A stretch of 63,889 bases of DNA, the filler included, from Acidimicrobiia bacterium (GTDB taxonomy: Bacteria > Actinomycetota > Acidimicrobiia > Spongiisociales > SHLN01), in NCBI GenBank assembly GCA_041619515.1. It is 3 parts of 3 records of this genome, joined end to end, with 100 filler letters (N's around TTAATTAATTAA, not from the genome) between each part and the next. Parts side by side here need not be neighbours in the genome. Positions count along the whole stretch, not along the records: positions 28,182 to 56,010 come from JBFKDW010000038.1; positions 56,111 to 63,889 come from JBFKDW010000103.1; 1 more part is not named here. The stretch is one strand, 5' to 3'. The position numbers and the translations under genes were made by a program. Below are positions 52,050 to 61,829 of the stretch, piece by piece. The first letter of the stretch is position 1. Every line of letters begins with the position of its first letter. The notes below the pieces were generated by a model, which was given only the letters and a program-made list of their open reading frames with translations, did no database searches and was not told where the DNA came from.

Positions 52050-52957
52050 AGCCCGTATTCCTCCTCGGCCAGGTACACGTCCTCGAGGGTGGTCTGTTTC
52101 GAGCCGAGGCTGCGCAGCCCCAGGCCGGTTTCGACCAGCACGTCACGGATCGCGACAAACGGATCGCCGGTTTCGAATTCGACGTCGAGGGTCCGGTCGG
52201 TGACCGCCACGCGTGCGCCGCGAGATTCCAGCACCCGGACCGCCGGGGTGGGGTCGTCGAGCAGGACCACCCGGATGGCATTGGAGGCCCGGATGGATGC
52301 CAGCGGCTCGTTGCGGAGCAGCCGGCCCTCGTTCAGCATCACGACCCAGTCACAGGTGCGCTCGATGTCGCCGAGGACATGCGATGAGAAGACCACGCTC
52401 ATGCCGAATTCGCCGAGGCGGTTGATGAGGGCGAGCATGTCCTCCCGGCCGTCGGGGTCGAGCCCGGAGGCCGGCTCGTCCAAGAGCACGAGCTCGGGGG
52501 AGTGCACGATGGCCTGGGCCAGCTTGGCCCGCTGCTTCATTCCGGTGCTGAACTCGCCGAGGTTGCGGAACCGCTCCTCGGCCAGACCCACCAGGGTCAG
52601 GACCTCAGAGGCGCGCTGGCGGGACTCCGAGGCAGGCAAGCCGCCCAGTTCGGCGGTGTAGGAGACGAAATCGGCCGCCGTCTGGTCGAGGGGGAAGCAG
52701 TCGCCCTCGGGCATGTATCCCACCCGGGAGCGGACGGTCAGTGGTTTGCGCTGGGCGCTCGTGCCGTAGACCTCGCTGACTCCGCTGGAAGGCTGGAGCA
52801 TGCCCAGCAGGATCTTGATGAGCGTGCTCTTGCCGGCGCCGTTGGCGCCGACCAATCCGATTCGGCCGGCCGGCACCTCGAGATCGACGTCGCGCAGCGC
52901 CTGCACGTCGCCGAAGGACATGTTGAGACCTGCCGTGGTGATGATCGCGTTGCTCAT
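52046..52957 (-). CDS. ABC transporter ATP-binding protein
   Basis: GANGAGKST, FSTGMKQR, LDEP and SSH. Confidence 0.93.
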   Translation of the reverse strand: MSNAIITTAGLNMSFGDVQALRDVDLEVPAGRIGLVGANGAGKSTLIKILLGMLQPSSGVSEVYGTSAQRKPLTVRSRVGYMPEGDCFPLDQTAADFVSYTAELGGLPASESRQRASEVLTLVGLAEERFRNLGEFSTGMKQRAKLAQAIVHSPELVLLDEPASGLDPDGREDMLALINRLGEFGMSVVFSSHVLGDIERTCDWVVMLNEGRLLRNEPLASIRASNAIRVVLLDDPTPAVRVLESRGARVAVTDRTLDVEFETGDPFVAIRDVLVETGLGLRSLGSKQTTLEDVYLAEEEYGL

Positions 52958-53021
52958 CGAGGGCAGACGCTAGCGCTCACCGTTTGGTTCCGGCTACCCG
53001 CCTCTCGTAGCGTCACTGCCT

Positions 53022-53702
53022 ATGGAGGAATCCCTTGCCGTTCTGGCTGCGGGTGCCGCCACCGGCCTGGTCCTGGAGCTGGCGCGGTCCTACCGGCAGC
53101 GCCCCCGCCCCCACGTCGGGGCCTGGGCGATTGCCCTCTCGCTCTATGCCGTTGCCACCTGGATGCTGGTGATCGGCCTGGTGGTCGGATGGAGCTCCCT
53201 GGTATTCCGATTGTTCTACGGGCTCGGGGCCATCCTCAACGTGCCCTTCCTCGGGATCGGCTCGGCCTATCTCGTGTGGGGGCCCGTCGTCGGGCGGAGG
53301 CTCCTGGAGTGGTTCACGATCATCGGGGCATTCGCGCTGTTCATCACCTTCACCGCCCCGTTCGTCGCACCGCTCGCCGATGCGGGCTTGCCGGCCGGCT
53401 CTGATGTGTTTGCCGACATCGGAACGGTGGGTCCCGCCGGGCCCCGCTTCTATGCCGTGGTGTTCAACGTCATGGGCACGCTGCTCCTCGTGGGGCTGGC
53501 GACATGGTCGGCCGTGCGGTTCTGGACCGTGAACCGGCGCCTGGTCGCCGGCAATGCGCTCATTGTGCTCGGTGGCCTGTTCCCGGCGTTCGGGGGGAGC
53601 CTGTTCGCCCTAGGGGAGACCTCGGGATTCGCGCTCAGTCTGTTTGTCGGAGCCGTGCTGCTATGGGGAGGCTTCCGCGTGGCGAGCGCAGCACGCGCCT
53701 AG
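53022..53702 (+). CDS. Conserved 7-TM membrane protein
   Basis: Seven hydrophobic segments, with FRLFYGLGAILNVP and GNALI. Confidence 0.75.
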   Translation: MEESLAVLAAGAATGLVLELARSYRQRPRPHVGAWAIALSLYAVATWMLVIGLVVGWSSLVFRLFYGLGAILNVPFLGIGSAYLVWGPVVGRRLLEWFTIIGAFALFITFTAPFVAPLADAGLPAGSDVFADIGTVGPAGPRFYAVVFNVMGTLLLVGLATWSAVRFWTVNRRLVAGNALIVLGGLFPAFGGSLFALGETSGFALSLFVGAVLLWGGFRVASAARA

Positions 53703-53743
53703 GAGCTCGCGAAAACTCGACGCCTTCCGATATGGTTCGTCTC

Positions 53744-54424
53744 ATGTCCACCCAACACATCGGGGAGTTGCGCGAGCAGCATCTGCACGCCGCGCTCAAA
53801 GAGTGGTACCGAGAGGAGGGTGATCTGCTCGAGATTGGAGTGGGAGGGTTTGTCATCGACCTGGTGCGTGACGAGGTTCTCATCGAGATCCAGACCGGCG
53901 GCTTCTCGCCGATGCGCCGCAAGCTAGATCGGCTGCTCGATGGGCACCGGATGCGCCTGGTCCACCCGATTGCCGCCGAAAAGTGGATTCGCAAGCTCGA
54001 TGGAGCCGAGGTCTCGCGTCGCAGGTCACCAAAACGTGGCATCGTGGCGGACGTCTGTGCCCACCTCGTGTCGTTCCCGTCGCTGCTGAGCCACCCGAAC
54101 TTCACTCTGGAGGTGCTTCTGGTGCAAGAGGAAGAGGTGCGCACACCCGACCCGTCGGCCTGGCGGCGCAACGGTTGGAAGATCGCCGAGCGGCGGCTGA
54201 TCGGAATCCTCGAGCGTGTGACCTTCGAGAGCACCGAGGATCTCCTCGGGCTGCTCCCCAGCGGCCTGCCCAATCCGTTCACCACCGCCCATTTGGCCGA
54301 TGCGCTGAATCGCTCGCGGCACCTGGCCCAGGAGGTCGCCTATTGCCTGCGCGAGGCAGGCGTGCTGCACGCGGTTGGACGGTCCCGCGGTGGCATCGAA
54401 TACGCCCGACCGCAGGGCCGCTGA
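53744..54424 (+). CDS. Putative PD-(D/E)xK-like nuclease with C-terminal winged helix
   Basis: LHAALKEWY...VIDLVRDEVLIEIQT, then FTTAHLADAL..AQEVAYCLREAGVL. Confidence 0.65.
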   Translation: MSTQHIGELREQHLHAALKEWYREEGDLLEIGVGGFVIDLVRDEVLIEIQTGGFSPMRRKLDRLLDGHRMRLVHPIAAEKWIRKLDGAEVSRRRSPKRGIVADVCAHLVSFPSLLSHPNFTLEVLLVQEEEVRTPDPSAWRRNGWKIAERRLIGILERVTFESTEDLLGLLPSGLPNPFTTAHLADALNRSRHLAQEVAYCLREAGVLHAVGRSRGGIEYARPQGR

Positions 54425-54906
54425 TGTCCGAGCTCACCATTCGTCCCGTGACCGAGGAGGATGTTCGGGACTTCGCAGAATGGCGCTACGAGCCGCCCTA
54501 CGACGGCTACAGCATCACCGAGCCGGTTGACGAAGCCGTGGCCTATTTCCTCGAGCCCGAGACCAACGGTCACGTCATCGTGCGCGATGGTGAACTCGCC
54601 GCCTTTTGCACGTTCGGCGCCGATGCCCGTGTGCCCGGCGGTGACTATTCGGGTCCCGGGCTCGATATCGGCCTGGGAGTCCGGCCTTCGCTGACGGGAC
54701 GAGGGCTCGGGAACAGCTTTGTCGAGGCCGTTGTTGCCTTCGCCCGTCGGCGTCTGGATGCCGACCGGCTGCGGGTGTCCATCGCAGTGGAGAACGAGCG
54801 GGCGCTCCGGGTGTGGTCGCAGGCAGGATTCACCGAGACCCAGCGGTTCAAGGCCACCAAGAGAGTCATGGGGAGCGAAACGTTCGTAATCCTCGAGCTC
54901 GGCTAG
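54424..54906 (+). CDS. GNAT family N-acetyltransferase
   Basis: RPSLTGRGLG and NERALRVWSQAGF. Confidence 0.88.
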   Translation: MSELTIRPVTEEDVRDFAEWRYEPPYDGYSITEPVDEAVAYFLEPETNGHVIVRDGELAAFCTFGADARVPGGDYSGPGLDIGLGVRPSLTGRGLGNSFVEAVVAFARRRLDADRLRVSIAVENERALRVWSQAGFTETQRFKATKRVMGSETFVILELG

Positions 54907-55172
54907 CCCAGCTCCACTTCGTCCACGATCCCCACCACGATCGCTCGGATGGGTGCCACCGTCTCGCCGACGATCTGGCGGGCGGAGCTGCCCTCGTCCA
55001 GGATGAGCACGGTGTCGCCGACGCCGGCGTCAATGGTGTCGGCGGCGATGATGTAGTCACCGGTCGGCTCGCCCCCGGGAGTCACGAGGTCGCACAGCAG
55101 CAGCTTGCGGCCTTCGAAGATCGGTGCGCTGATGGTTGAGACCACCGTTCCTGCCACCCGTCCGATCTTCAT
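54903..55172 (-). CDS. BMC pentamer (EutN/CcmL family) vertex protein
   Basis: MKIGRVAGTVVST...AADTIDAGVGD..GSSAR..IVVGIVD. Confidence 0.92.
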   Translation of the reverse strand: MKIGRVAGTVVSTISAPIFEGRKLLLCDLVTPGGEPTGDYIIAADTIDAGVGDTVLILDEGSSARQIVGETVAPIRAIVVGIVDEVELG

Positions 55173-55438
55173 GCGAGGCTCACATCGTCGACGATGCCCA
55201 CGATGGCGTGGTCCACAGGAACGAACGGGTTGGGCATGGCCTGGGCGGCCTCCCGGGAACCGACGACGTACACCAGCTCGCCGGGCCCGGCCATGTGGAC
55301 TCCGTCGGCGGCCACGACCGGCTCTCCGGCCGGCTCCTGGTGCTTGTCGAGTATCTGGACGATCAGGAACTTGACGCCATCGAGATCCGGCGTCCGTTCG
55401 GTCGCTACCACGGTGCCGATGACACGTCCCAGCTTCAT
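55169..55438 (-). CDS. BMC pentamer (EutN/CcmL family) vertex protein
   Basis: MKLGRVIGTVVAT...AADGV.AGPGE..SREAA..PVDHAIVGIVD. Confidence 0.92.
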   Translation of the reverse strand: MKLGRVIGTVVATERTPDLDGVKFLIVQILDKHQEPAGEPVVAADGVHMAGPGELVYVVGSREAAQAMPNPFVPVDHAIVGIVDDVSLA

Positions 55439-56010
55439 CGGCTCGTGCGTCCTCGAGACCGTTTTCGAAAGCGCGGCCCGGCGACCACATCCTCTCGCAT
55501 CTCACCGTGGAGCTGGGGGATCACGACGCTCGCCACCAGTTGCCGGGTTGTGAGTGCCGCCACTCCGGCGGACACCGCGGCTTGTACCTCCGACAGCGCC
55601 CCACCGAAGAGGGCGTAGCCCTTGCCGCCGAGCCCGTCGGCCAGCTCGATGCGAGCCGCCACCACGTCGGCTCCTTTGACGGCGGCATCGGCCGCCTCGA
55701 TGATGGCAGCGACCGTCGTCGTTTCGATCACGCCGAGCGCCTCCCCGTCATCGAACGCCTGTGCTCCGCCGATGGCGGCGACGACGCCGGGATGGATGTC
55801 GGGCAGGAAGACCGTATCGACGATCGCTTCCCCGCCGAGTGCCCGCCCCGCAGCCAATGATTCGTCGACACTGGCAACGTCGCCGGCGATGAGCACGACG
55901 TACTTGCCGGGCTGGACTGTGCCCGACCGGATCACCCCCAGCGGAGCGCGTTTGACCATCGCGTCGCCTGCCTCGATCCCGACCGCAACGGAATCGAACT
56001 CGACTATCGC
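55435..56010 (-). CDS. Tandem-domain BMC shell protein (PduT-like BMC-T), 5' end truncated
   Basis: EFDSVAVGIEAGDAMVK...PGKY...GDVASV, then a second domain ALGVIETTTVAAIIEAADAAVK...LGGKGY. Confidence 0.9.
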   Translation of the reverse strand, partial: AIVEFDSVAVGIEAGDAMVKRAPLGVIRSGTVQPGKYVVLIAGDVASVDESLAAGRALGGEAIVDTVFLPDIHPGVVAAIGGAQAFDDGEALGVIETTTVAAIIEAADAAVKGADVVAARIELADGLGGKGYALFGGALSEVQAAVSAGVAALTTRQLVASVVIPQLHGEMREDVVAGPRFRKRSRGRTSR

Positions 56011-56110
56011 NNNNNNNNNNNNNNNNNNNNNNNNNNNNNNNNNNNNNNNNNNNNTTAATTAATTAANNNNNNNNNNNNNNNNNNNNNNNNNNNNNNNNNN
56101 NNNNNNNNNN
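56011..56110. other. Artificial contig spacer
   Basis: N44-TTAATTAATTAA-N44. Confidence 0.95.
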
Positions 56111-58870
56111 CGGGTGGAGGCCGTTGACGTAGTTCAGTAGCTCAACGGTCGGGCTCTCGTCGCAGAATTCCACGACCTGCTCCGCGGTGTCACCATCGAA
56201 GAAGTTGGCAGCGGCAACCACGGCGGCGACGAGAAACGCCGCAATACCGGCTTTGGCGCCGGGGGAGAGCTTGACGCGGCCCTCCGGGAGGGTCTCACGC
56301 ACGGCTGTGGTTGCTCCTGCCCAGAGCAGGTCGGGCGTCAGGCCTTCGGGCGCATTGTCGTACAAGGAAGGCAGCGAGCATTCAACGGGGAAGGCGTGAT
56401 CGCGCAAACACGCGAAGAAAGCCTGCTCGGCGACGAACTCCCGGCGGAGCCGGCCGGTGTCGTCGAAGATACCCTGCCGGTTACGGGCCTCCCGCACGAT
56501 GTCTCGGATCTGATCCTGATCGGTGACGCAATCTCCAAAATCACCGATGCAGATGCCGAAGCCGTTGTCATTCGGCCGGGCTGCGGCGGCGTCCTCGATG
56601 GCGTCACAGTTGGTGAGGCAGCGTCCATCGAGGGCGTAGCCGACCGGATTGTCGTTGAAGAACACCGTCGTCAGGGTTGTTCCTTCGGCTGCGAGGATCT
56701 TGCGTATGACCGGCCGTTCGTCGTAGAAGTCGGGCTGAAACAGCGTGAATGGGGGGAGCACCAGGTCATCGATCCCGAGGTCACCGGGCGTGAACTCGTT
56801 CGGGTCGGTCCCGTTGATGAGCTCGATCAAGTCCGAGACGCCATCGAAATCGCTGTCCTCGAGGAGCGGATTGGTGCCAAACTCGACCTCTTCTGCGTCG
56901 GTCAATCCGTCCTCATCCGTGTCCACCTTGGTCGGATTCGACAGCATCTTGAAATAGGTCGTCACGCCGGCGTCGATGAGAAACGAGTACTCGTCGACCA
57001 GGGCCGGATTGTCCCGCAGGTCACGCCGCTCCAGTTCCTCACCGTCGCTCAAGCCGTCCTCATCGGTGTCGGCCAGGTTGGGATCGGTGAAGATGAAGTT
57101 GGGGAGGGTAATGCTGCCGCCTCCAAGGATGCCGGGGAGTGTGAGGACGATGGGAACAAACAGGCCGTTGCGCTCCTCGCAGTCGGTGAGCCCGTCCCCG
57201 TCGGTGTCGGTGCCGTCGTCAATGAGATCGCCGATGAGCTCCTGATAGAGGTCGGGAAGCTGGTTGGCGTCGGCGAGCGGGAGGTACTGCCCGCCGGTCC
57301 CGTCGGCGATTCCCTGCAAGAGCGCGGTGTCGACTCCGGCTCCCAGGCCGATCGTATAAATGGCGATCGCCTCGTCGGCGGCCTGTGTCGTCAAGGCAGT
57401 GTTGTAGCTGCTCTGACCGTCGGTCAGCAGGATGGCGATGCGCAGCCGGCCGCCGCCGCCGTTGTTCGACAGGATCGAGATCGCGGAGGACACGGCGGAG
57501 CTGATGTTGGTGCCGCCGCTCGCCCCTCGGGTGAGGTCGAGTGCATCCGCCACCGCCTGCCGGTTGGCGGCTGTGTCGAGCTCGGTGAGCCCAAGGAGGG
57601 TGCTGGCGAAGCTGGTGAAGCGCACGACCGAGGCGCGGTCATCGTCCCGCATCTCGTCCACGAATAGCTGCGCTCCGTCGACCCGCAGGTTATTGGGGTC
57701 GTTCCACGACATGCTCCCGGATCGATCGATGAGGAAGGTCACGTCGATGCCGGTCGCGTTTGGATCGCCCTCCGGAACGCAGCGAACCGGCGTGAGGTCG
57801 AACAGGGCCTGCCAGTCGGCGGCGCTGGCGATCTTCAGCACTGCGAATACTGAGAAATGATCGACCGTCGCCGTAACGGTATTCGCCGAGGCGTCGACCA
57901 CCTGTGTCCCCGGGACCGGCACCCACAGCTGGGCGTCATCGTCGAACGTGTAGATCCGCAACGCTTGCTCGTCGAAGCCGTCGAGCAGGTCGGGTCCGTA
58001 GGGAATAGTCAGCGTGGCGCTCTCGAAGGCTGGCGCCGAGGAGGGAACGCCGATCTCGTAGGCCGCCGATGCCAGGACATCGAGGATTCCGTGCATGTAG
58101 TCACGGGCCGGAACAACGTGGATGTCCCATGGAAAGATTCCGCCGTTGGAGTCGATGACGACTGAAAGGCCGGAAATGCCGCCGGATGACACGACCTGGC
58201 CTGGAGGAGCCGGGGCAGCGACACTGAGGTCGCCGGTTCGGGGAGCGATAGCTTCGTCACCGGTTTCGCATTCGGAGACGATCTCGCCGTTGACGCAGGT
58301 GTCCGTGCCTTTGCCGCCGTCGAGGACATCGTCGGCATCGCCGCCGTTGAGCAGATCGTCGCCCTGGCCGCCCTCGAGGTCGTCATCTCCGTCAAGCCCG
58401 AAGAGGCGATCGTTGCCCCGGCCGCCGATCAGCCGATCGTTGCCGTCCTCCCCTACGGCCACGTCGTTGCCGCTTCCGGCGTCGAGGGTGTCGTTTCCGG
58501 CACCGCCAAGCAGCTCGTCGTTGCCGTTTCCGCCTCGGATGACGTCGTCGTCTTCGCCGCCGAAAAGCACATCTTCGCCGTTCCCGCCGTCGATGATGTC
58601 GTTTCCGGCCCCCCCGTAGACAACATCGTTGCCGTTCCGGCCGTCGATGACATCCTCTCCACCCAGGCCACAGATTGTGTCGTCGGCGTTGGTTCCCACC
58701 AGCGTGTCGTCGCCCTCGGTCCCATAGATGACTCCGGGCTGACCAGGCTCGCACGGATTGGTTACCGACGGTGGCGTCTCGTCCTCGTCGACCGCGCCGG
58801 CCGGCGTTTGGACCGCTACAACGGGCAGCAGAAGAACGGAAATGAGCACGATCAAACGGCGGCGCAGCAT
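56111..58870 (-). CDS. Secreted RTX-repeat / vWA / acidic Ca-binding repeat protein, C-terminus truncated
   Basis: Signal peptide, GGxGxD nonapeptide repeats, VDHFS motif, MIDAS DRSGS...T...LTDG, and DTDGDGL/DTDEDGL repeats. Open into the gap. Confidence 0.88.
58300..58725 (-). repeat. RTX (hemolysin-type) nonapeptide repeat tract
   Basis: More than ten tandem GG(x)G(N/D)D(x)(L/I)x units. Boundaries approximate. Confidence 0.85.
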
Positions 58871-59328
58871 CGGGAAACCCCTTGTTTAGTGAAGTTCTGC
58901 CAGCCTGGGCATACTGACAGTGGTCGCATCGGCAGTCAAATCCTGGGGATCTCACTCCCCGCGGTCCAACGGTCGAGTTTCGCCGGCGCGCTATCTCTGC
59001 CTACTTGGGTGTCTTGATGAGAACGGCGCCTGCGACAATCTCGGCGCGGGCCGACACTATGGCGGATCGTATGCGGCAGGGCTCCGGCAGCGGTACAGGC
59101 CTAGTCCCCAGAAGCCGTGCGGCCTGAATCCGGCCGGACGCGCGGATGCTCGGGTCAAGGCGCCGTCGCAGCTCGGCGCTCGATCAGTGCGGCTGGAGCT
59201 CCCGCTGCTGCTGCGGTTCCATCCTCAATCGAACCTCGAGCGACAGCCGGGTCCAAGTGCGAGTTGCCGGCCGTGAGCCGGGGCCTGGCCGGTCGAACGG
59301 TCCCGACCGGTCGGTATCGTGGGTGGCC

Positions 59329-59433
59329 GTGGAGCTCTTGTCTTCAATCGAACTCGAGGAGGACGCCCCCACGGAGGGTTTTCCGTGGGAACTGGCGGCA
59401 GTGCGCACGCTCGACCGTCTCGAGTTCACGACG
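59329..59433 (+). pseudogene. Possible 5' remnant of a COG3910-like AAA ATPase
   Basis: TATCGT then GTG...ELLSSIELEEDAPTEGFPWELAAVRTLDRLEFTT. This resembles the 'FPFxLPAVRxLxxLEF' N-terminus, but no Walker A follows. Confidence 0.45.
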
Positions 59434-59474
59434 TTGGAGACGTGTACGCTTCGCCTACGTGGGGAAGGAGGATC

Positions 59475-59843
59475 ATGGCTCGGGATATCACCGTCATTCT
59501 CGAGGACCGGCCCGGCACCCTCGCCGACATGGGCAACGCGCTCGGCGCAGCCGGCATCAACATCGAAGGGGGCTGCGGCTTGCCCTTCGAAGGTCAGGGC
59601 ATCATTCATCTGCTGGTGGATGATCCCGACGGCGCGATCGCGGCGCTGGCCGGCGTCGGCATCGAAGCTCATACTCCAGTCGAGGTGATCCGGAAGAAAT
59701 TCCAGGACCGTCCCGGTGAGTTGGGCGAGCTGACCAGGCGCATGGGTGACGCCGGCATCAACGTCTACATGTTCTACCTGTCGGCCGATGGCGAGATCGT
59801 GCTCGGAGTCGACGACATCGAGAAAGCTCGGGCCGTCGGCTAA
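59475..59843 (+). CDS. Tandem ACT domain protein
   Basis: AAGGAGG RBS, LEDRPGTLA...AGINI and QDRPGELG...AGINV. Confidence 0.9.
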   Translation: MARDITVILEDRPGTLADMGNALGAAGINIEGGCGLPFEGQGIIHLLVDDPDGAIAALAGVGIEAHTPVEVIRKKFQDRPGELGELTRRMGDAGINVYMFYLSADGEIVLGVDDIEKARAVG

Positions 59844-59858
59844 AGGGTCGAGGGATCT

Positions 59859-59876
59859 CCTCGGCGAAGCCCGAGG
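59859..59876. terminator. Hairpin between convergent ACT and dps genes
   Basis: CCTCGG-CGAAGC-CCGAGG, with possible GAGG/CCTC extension. Confidence 0.45.
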
Positions 59877-59900
59877 TGCCTCAAGCGACGCCGCCCCGGC

Positions 59901-60368
59901 CTACTCGAGGAGGCTGCGGAGCATCCAGGCGGTCTTCTCGTGTACGTCGATGCGCCGGGTGGCCAGGTCGGCGGTAGCGGCGTCGTTGGCGGGTTCGGCG
60001 ACCGCCAGGGTGGCGCGGGCAGTGGCGATCACGGCCTCGTGTCCCACGACCAGGTCGCGGACCATCTCCATCGCCGCCGGCGGCGTGTCCTGTTCCTTGA
60101 TCGACGACAGGCGGGCAAACTGGGCGTAGGTGGCGGGGACGGGGTACCCGAGGGCACGAACCCGCTCGGCGATCTCGTCGACTGCCAGCGCCAGCTCCAT
60201 GTAATGCTGCTCGAACATCACGTGCAGCGTCTGAAACATCGGCCCGGTGACGTTCCAGTGGTAGTTGTGGCTCTTCAGGTACAGCGTGTAGCTGTCGGCG
60301 AGGAGCCGGGTCAGCTCATCGCTCACCTTCTCCCTGTCTGATTCGACCAGGCCGGTTCCAAGTTCCAT
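59901..60368 (-). CDS. dps: DNA starvation/stationary phase protection protein
   Basis: HNYHWNVTGP, LHVMFE, DEIAER and HEKTAWML. AAGGAG RBS. Confidence 0.95.
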   Translation of the reverse strand: MELGTGLVESDREKVSDELTRLLADSYTLYLKSHNYHWNVTGPMFQTLHVMFEQHYMELALAVDEIAERVRALGYPVPATYAQFARLSSIKEQDTPPAAMEMVRDLVVGHEAVIATARATLAVAEPANDAATADLATRRIDVHEKTAWMLRSLLE

Positions 60369-60452
60369 AGGGCTCGCTCTCCTTGTGTGAAGACCCGCTC
60401 CCACCAAACGTTACTGCGACACCGCCGGGCGGAACTGGGCGGCCGAACCCGG

Positions 60453-61712
60453 CTACGAGAACGCGGCAGCCAACTCAGGCCCGAGCGAAGGGTCCGAGGC
60501 GATGATCAGCAGAACGTGGTCGGCATCACGGGTGAGCAGCGTGTATGCCTGGTCCGCCACCATCTTGTCGATGAACACGGCAAACGCTTCCTCCAGCTCC
60601 TCGGCGTCGCGCTTGGAGTCGCCCAGGTAGCTGAGCACGTAGACGGCATCACGATCACCGGCGTTGTAGATGCGATTGGCATCTCCGCCCCAGCCAGCGG
60701 ACGCTTCCTCTGCTTTGTCGGGATCGATCGCCTCGGCCAGGAGCAGCTCCAGATCCTTCTGGCCCGCGGTGGCGTCGAACCAGATCTCGTAGCCGGGCAG
60801 CTCGAGCTCCGGCAGCACGACCTCCCGGGGCTGCTCGTCGCGGCGGTATTTCTCGGGGTCGAGCAGCTGCTCGGAGGACTCGGGGGGATCGATGAACTGG
60901 TCGTCGACGGCGTCGAGCCCGATCGACTGGTGAAAGGCGAGCCCGTCGTCGTAGAGCGACTGGAACGAGTCGAGGATGTAGCCGGGAAGCGCCTCGAGGG
61001 CCGTGGTGTCGAGCTCGGCGATCAATGTGCCGATCTCGGCCATGTACTTGGCACGATCGCCGGTGCTGAGGGATTGCACGTAGGTGAACTCCCGCAGGCG
61101 GGAGTCGCCCTCGATGATGGCTTGGGCAACATAGGCGTCGTCCCCATCCAGGTCCTCGAGCCGGTCGAGCAGGTCGAAATGCTGATCCTGCAAGGCGTGG
61201 AACAACTCGTGCAAGACCGTGGACTTGCTGTAGGGGCCCAGCTCGTCCCCGATGACACGCACCACCAGCTCGCCGGTCTTGGGGCGATAGAAGCCGGCGG
61301 TCCCGGCGCTGTAGAGCGTTTCGACCATCTGGCGGAAGTCCTGGTCGGGTTCGATGACCCCCAGCAGGCGCAGCGCGGCGTTGGCGGCATCCACGTCCTC
61401 CTCGGCGAGATCCTCAGCGAAGATCTGATTCAGCCGGGCCTGGTAGTCGGCGTCGTTGAGGAGCACTACGTCGACCGGTTCGAAGAATTCCAAGCCCCGG
61501 ATCTGCTGGGCCTCGATGATGAGCTCGTCGATCTGGGCCCGGATCGTCTCCGACCCTGCCAGCGACTCGGAGGTCGACGGGCTGGCGGGACTGGTGGTGG
61601 CCGGGCGGCTGAGGGTGGTGGTGGTCGTTTCGGGCGTCGTGATCGCTCCGCCGCAGGCGGCGGCAACCATCGCGATGGCTGCAAGAGCGGCAATGAGTCG
61701 GGAACGCGCCAT
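60453..61712 (-). CDS. Zincin-like (HExxH) lipoprotein
   Basis: Lipobox VAAAC, Thr-rich linker, AGFY, HELFHALQDQHF, EGD and PPESSEQ. Confidence 0.85.
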   Translation of the reverse strand: MARSRLIAALAAIAMVAAACGGAITTPETTTTTLSRPATTSPASPSTSESLAGSETIRAQIDELIIEAQQIRGLEFFEPVDVVLLNDADYQARLNQIFAEDLAEEDVDAANAALRLLGVIEPDQDFRQMVETLYSAGTAGFYRPKTGELVVRVIGDELGPYSKSTVLHELFHALQDQHFDLLDRLEDLDGDDAYVAQAIIEGDSRLREFTYVQSLSTGDRAKYMAEIGTLIAELDTTALEALPGYILDSFQSLYDDGLAFHQSIGLDAVDDQFIDPPESSEQLLDPEKYRRDEQPREVVLPELELPGYEIWFDATAGQKDLELLLAEAIDPDKAEEASAGWGGDANRIYNAGDRDAVYVLSYLGDSKRDAEELEEAFAVFIDKMVADQAYTLLTRDADHVLLIIASDPSLGPELAAAFS

Positions 61713-61829
61713 GGGGTGGTTTCGGTGGCTCGGTTTGGGGACTTGAGGAGGGTAGCGACGGCCTTTTTCTAAAGATGGGCGGTCCGGGCGCCGAAGTGAC
61801 CGGTAATGCGTCGCAGGGAGCGTTGAACC

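Noticed and set aside
58300..58725. 27-bp periodic repeats as a CRISPR array
   Set aside because: They are degenerate in-frame RTX codons with no unique spacers, and there are no cas genes.
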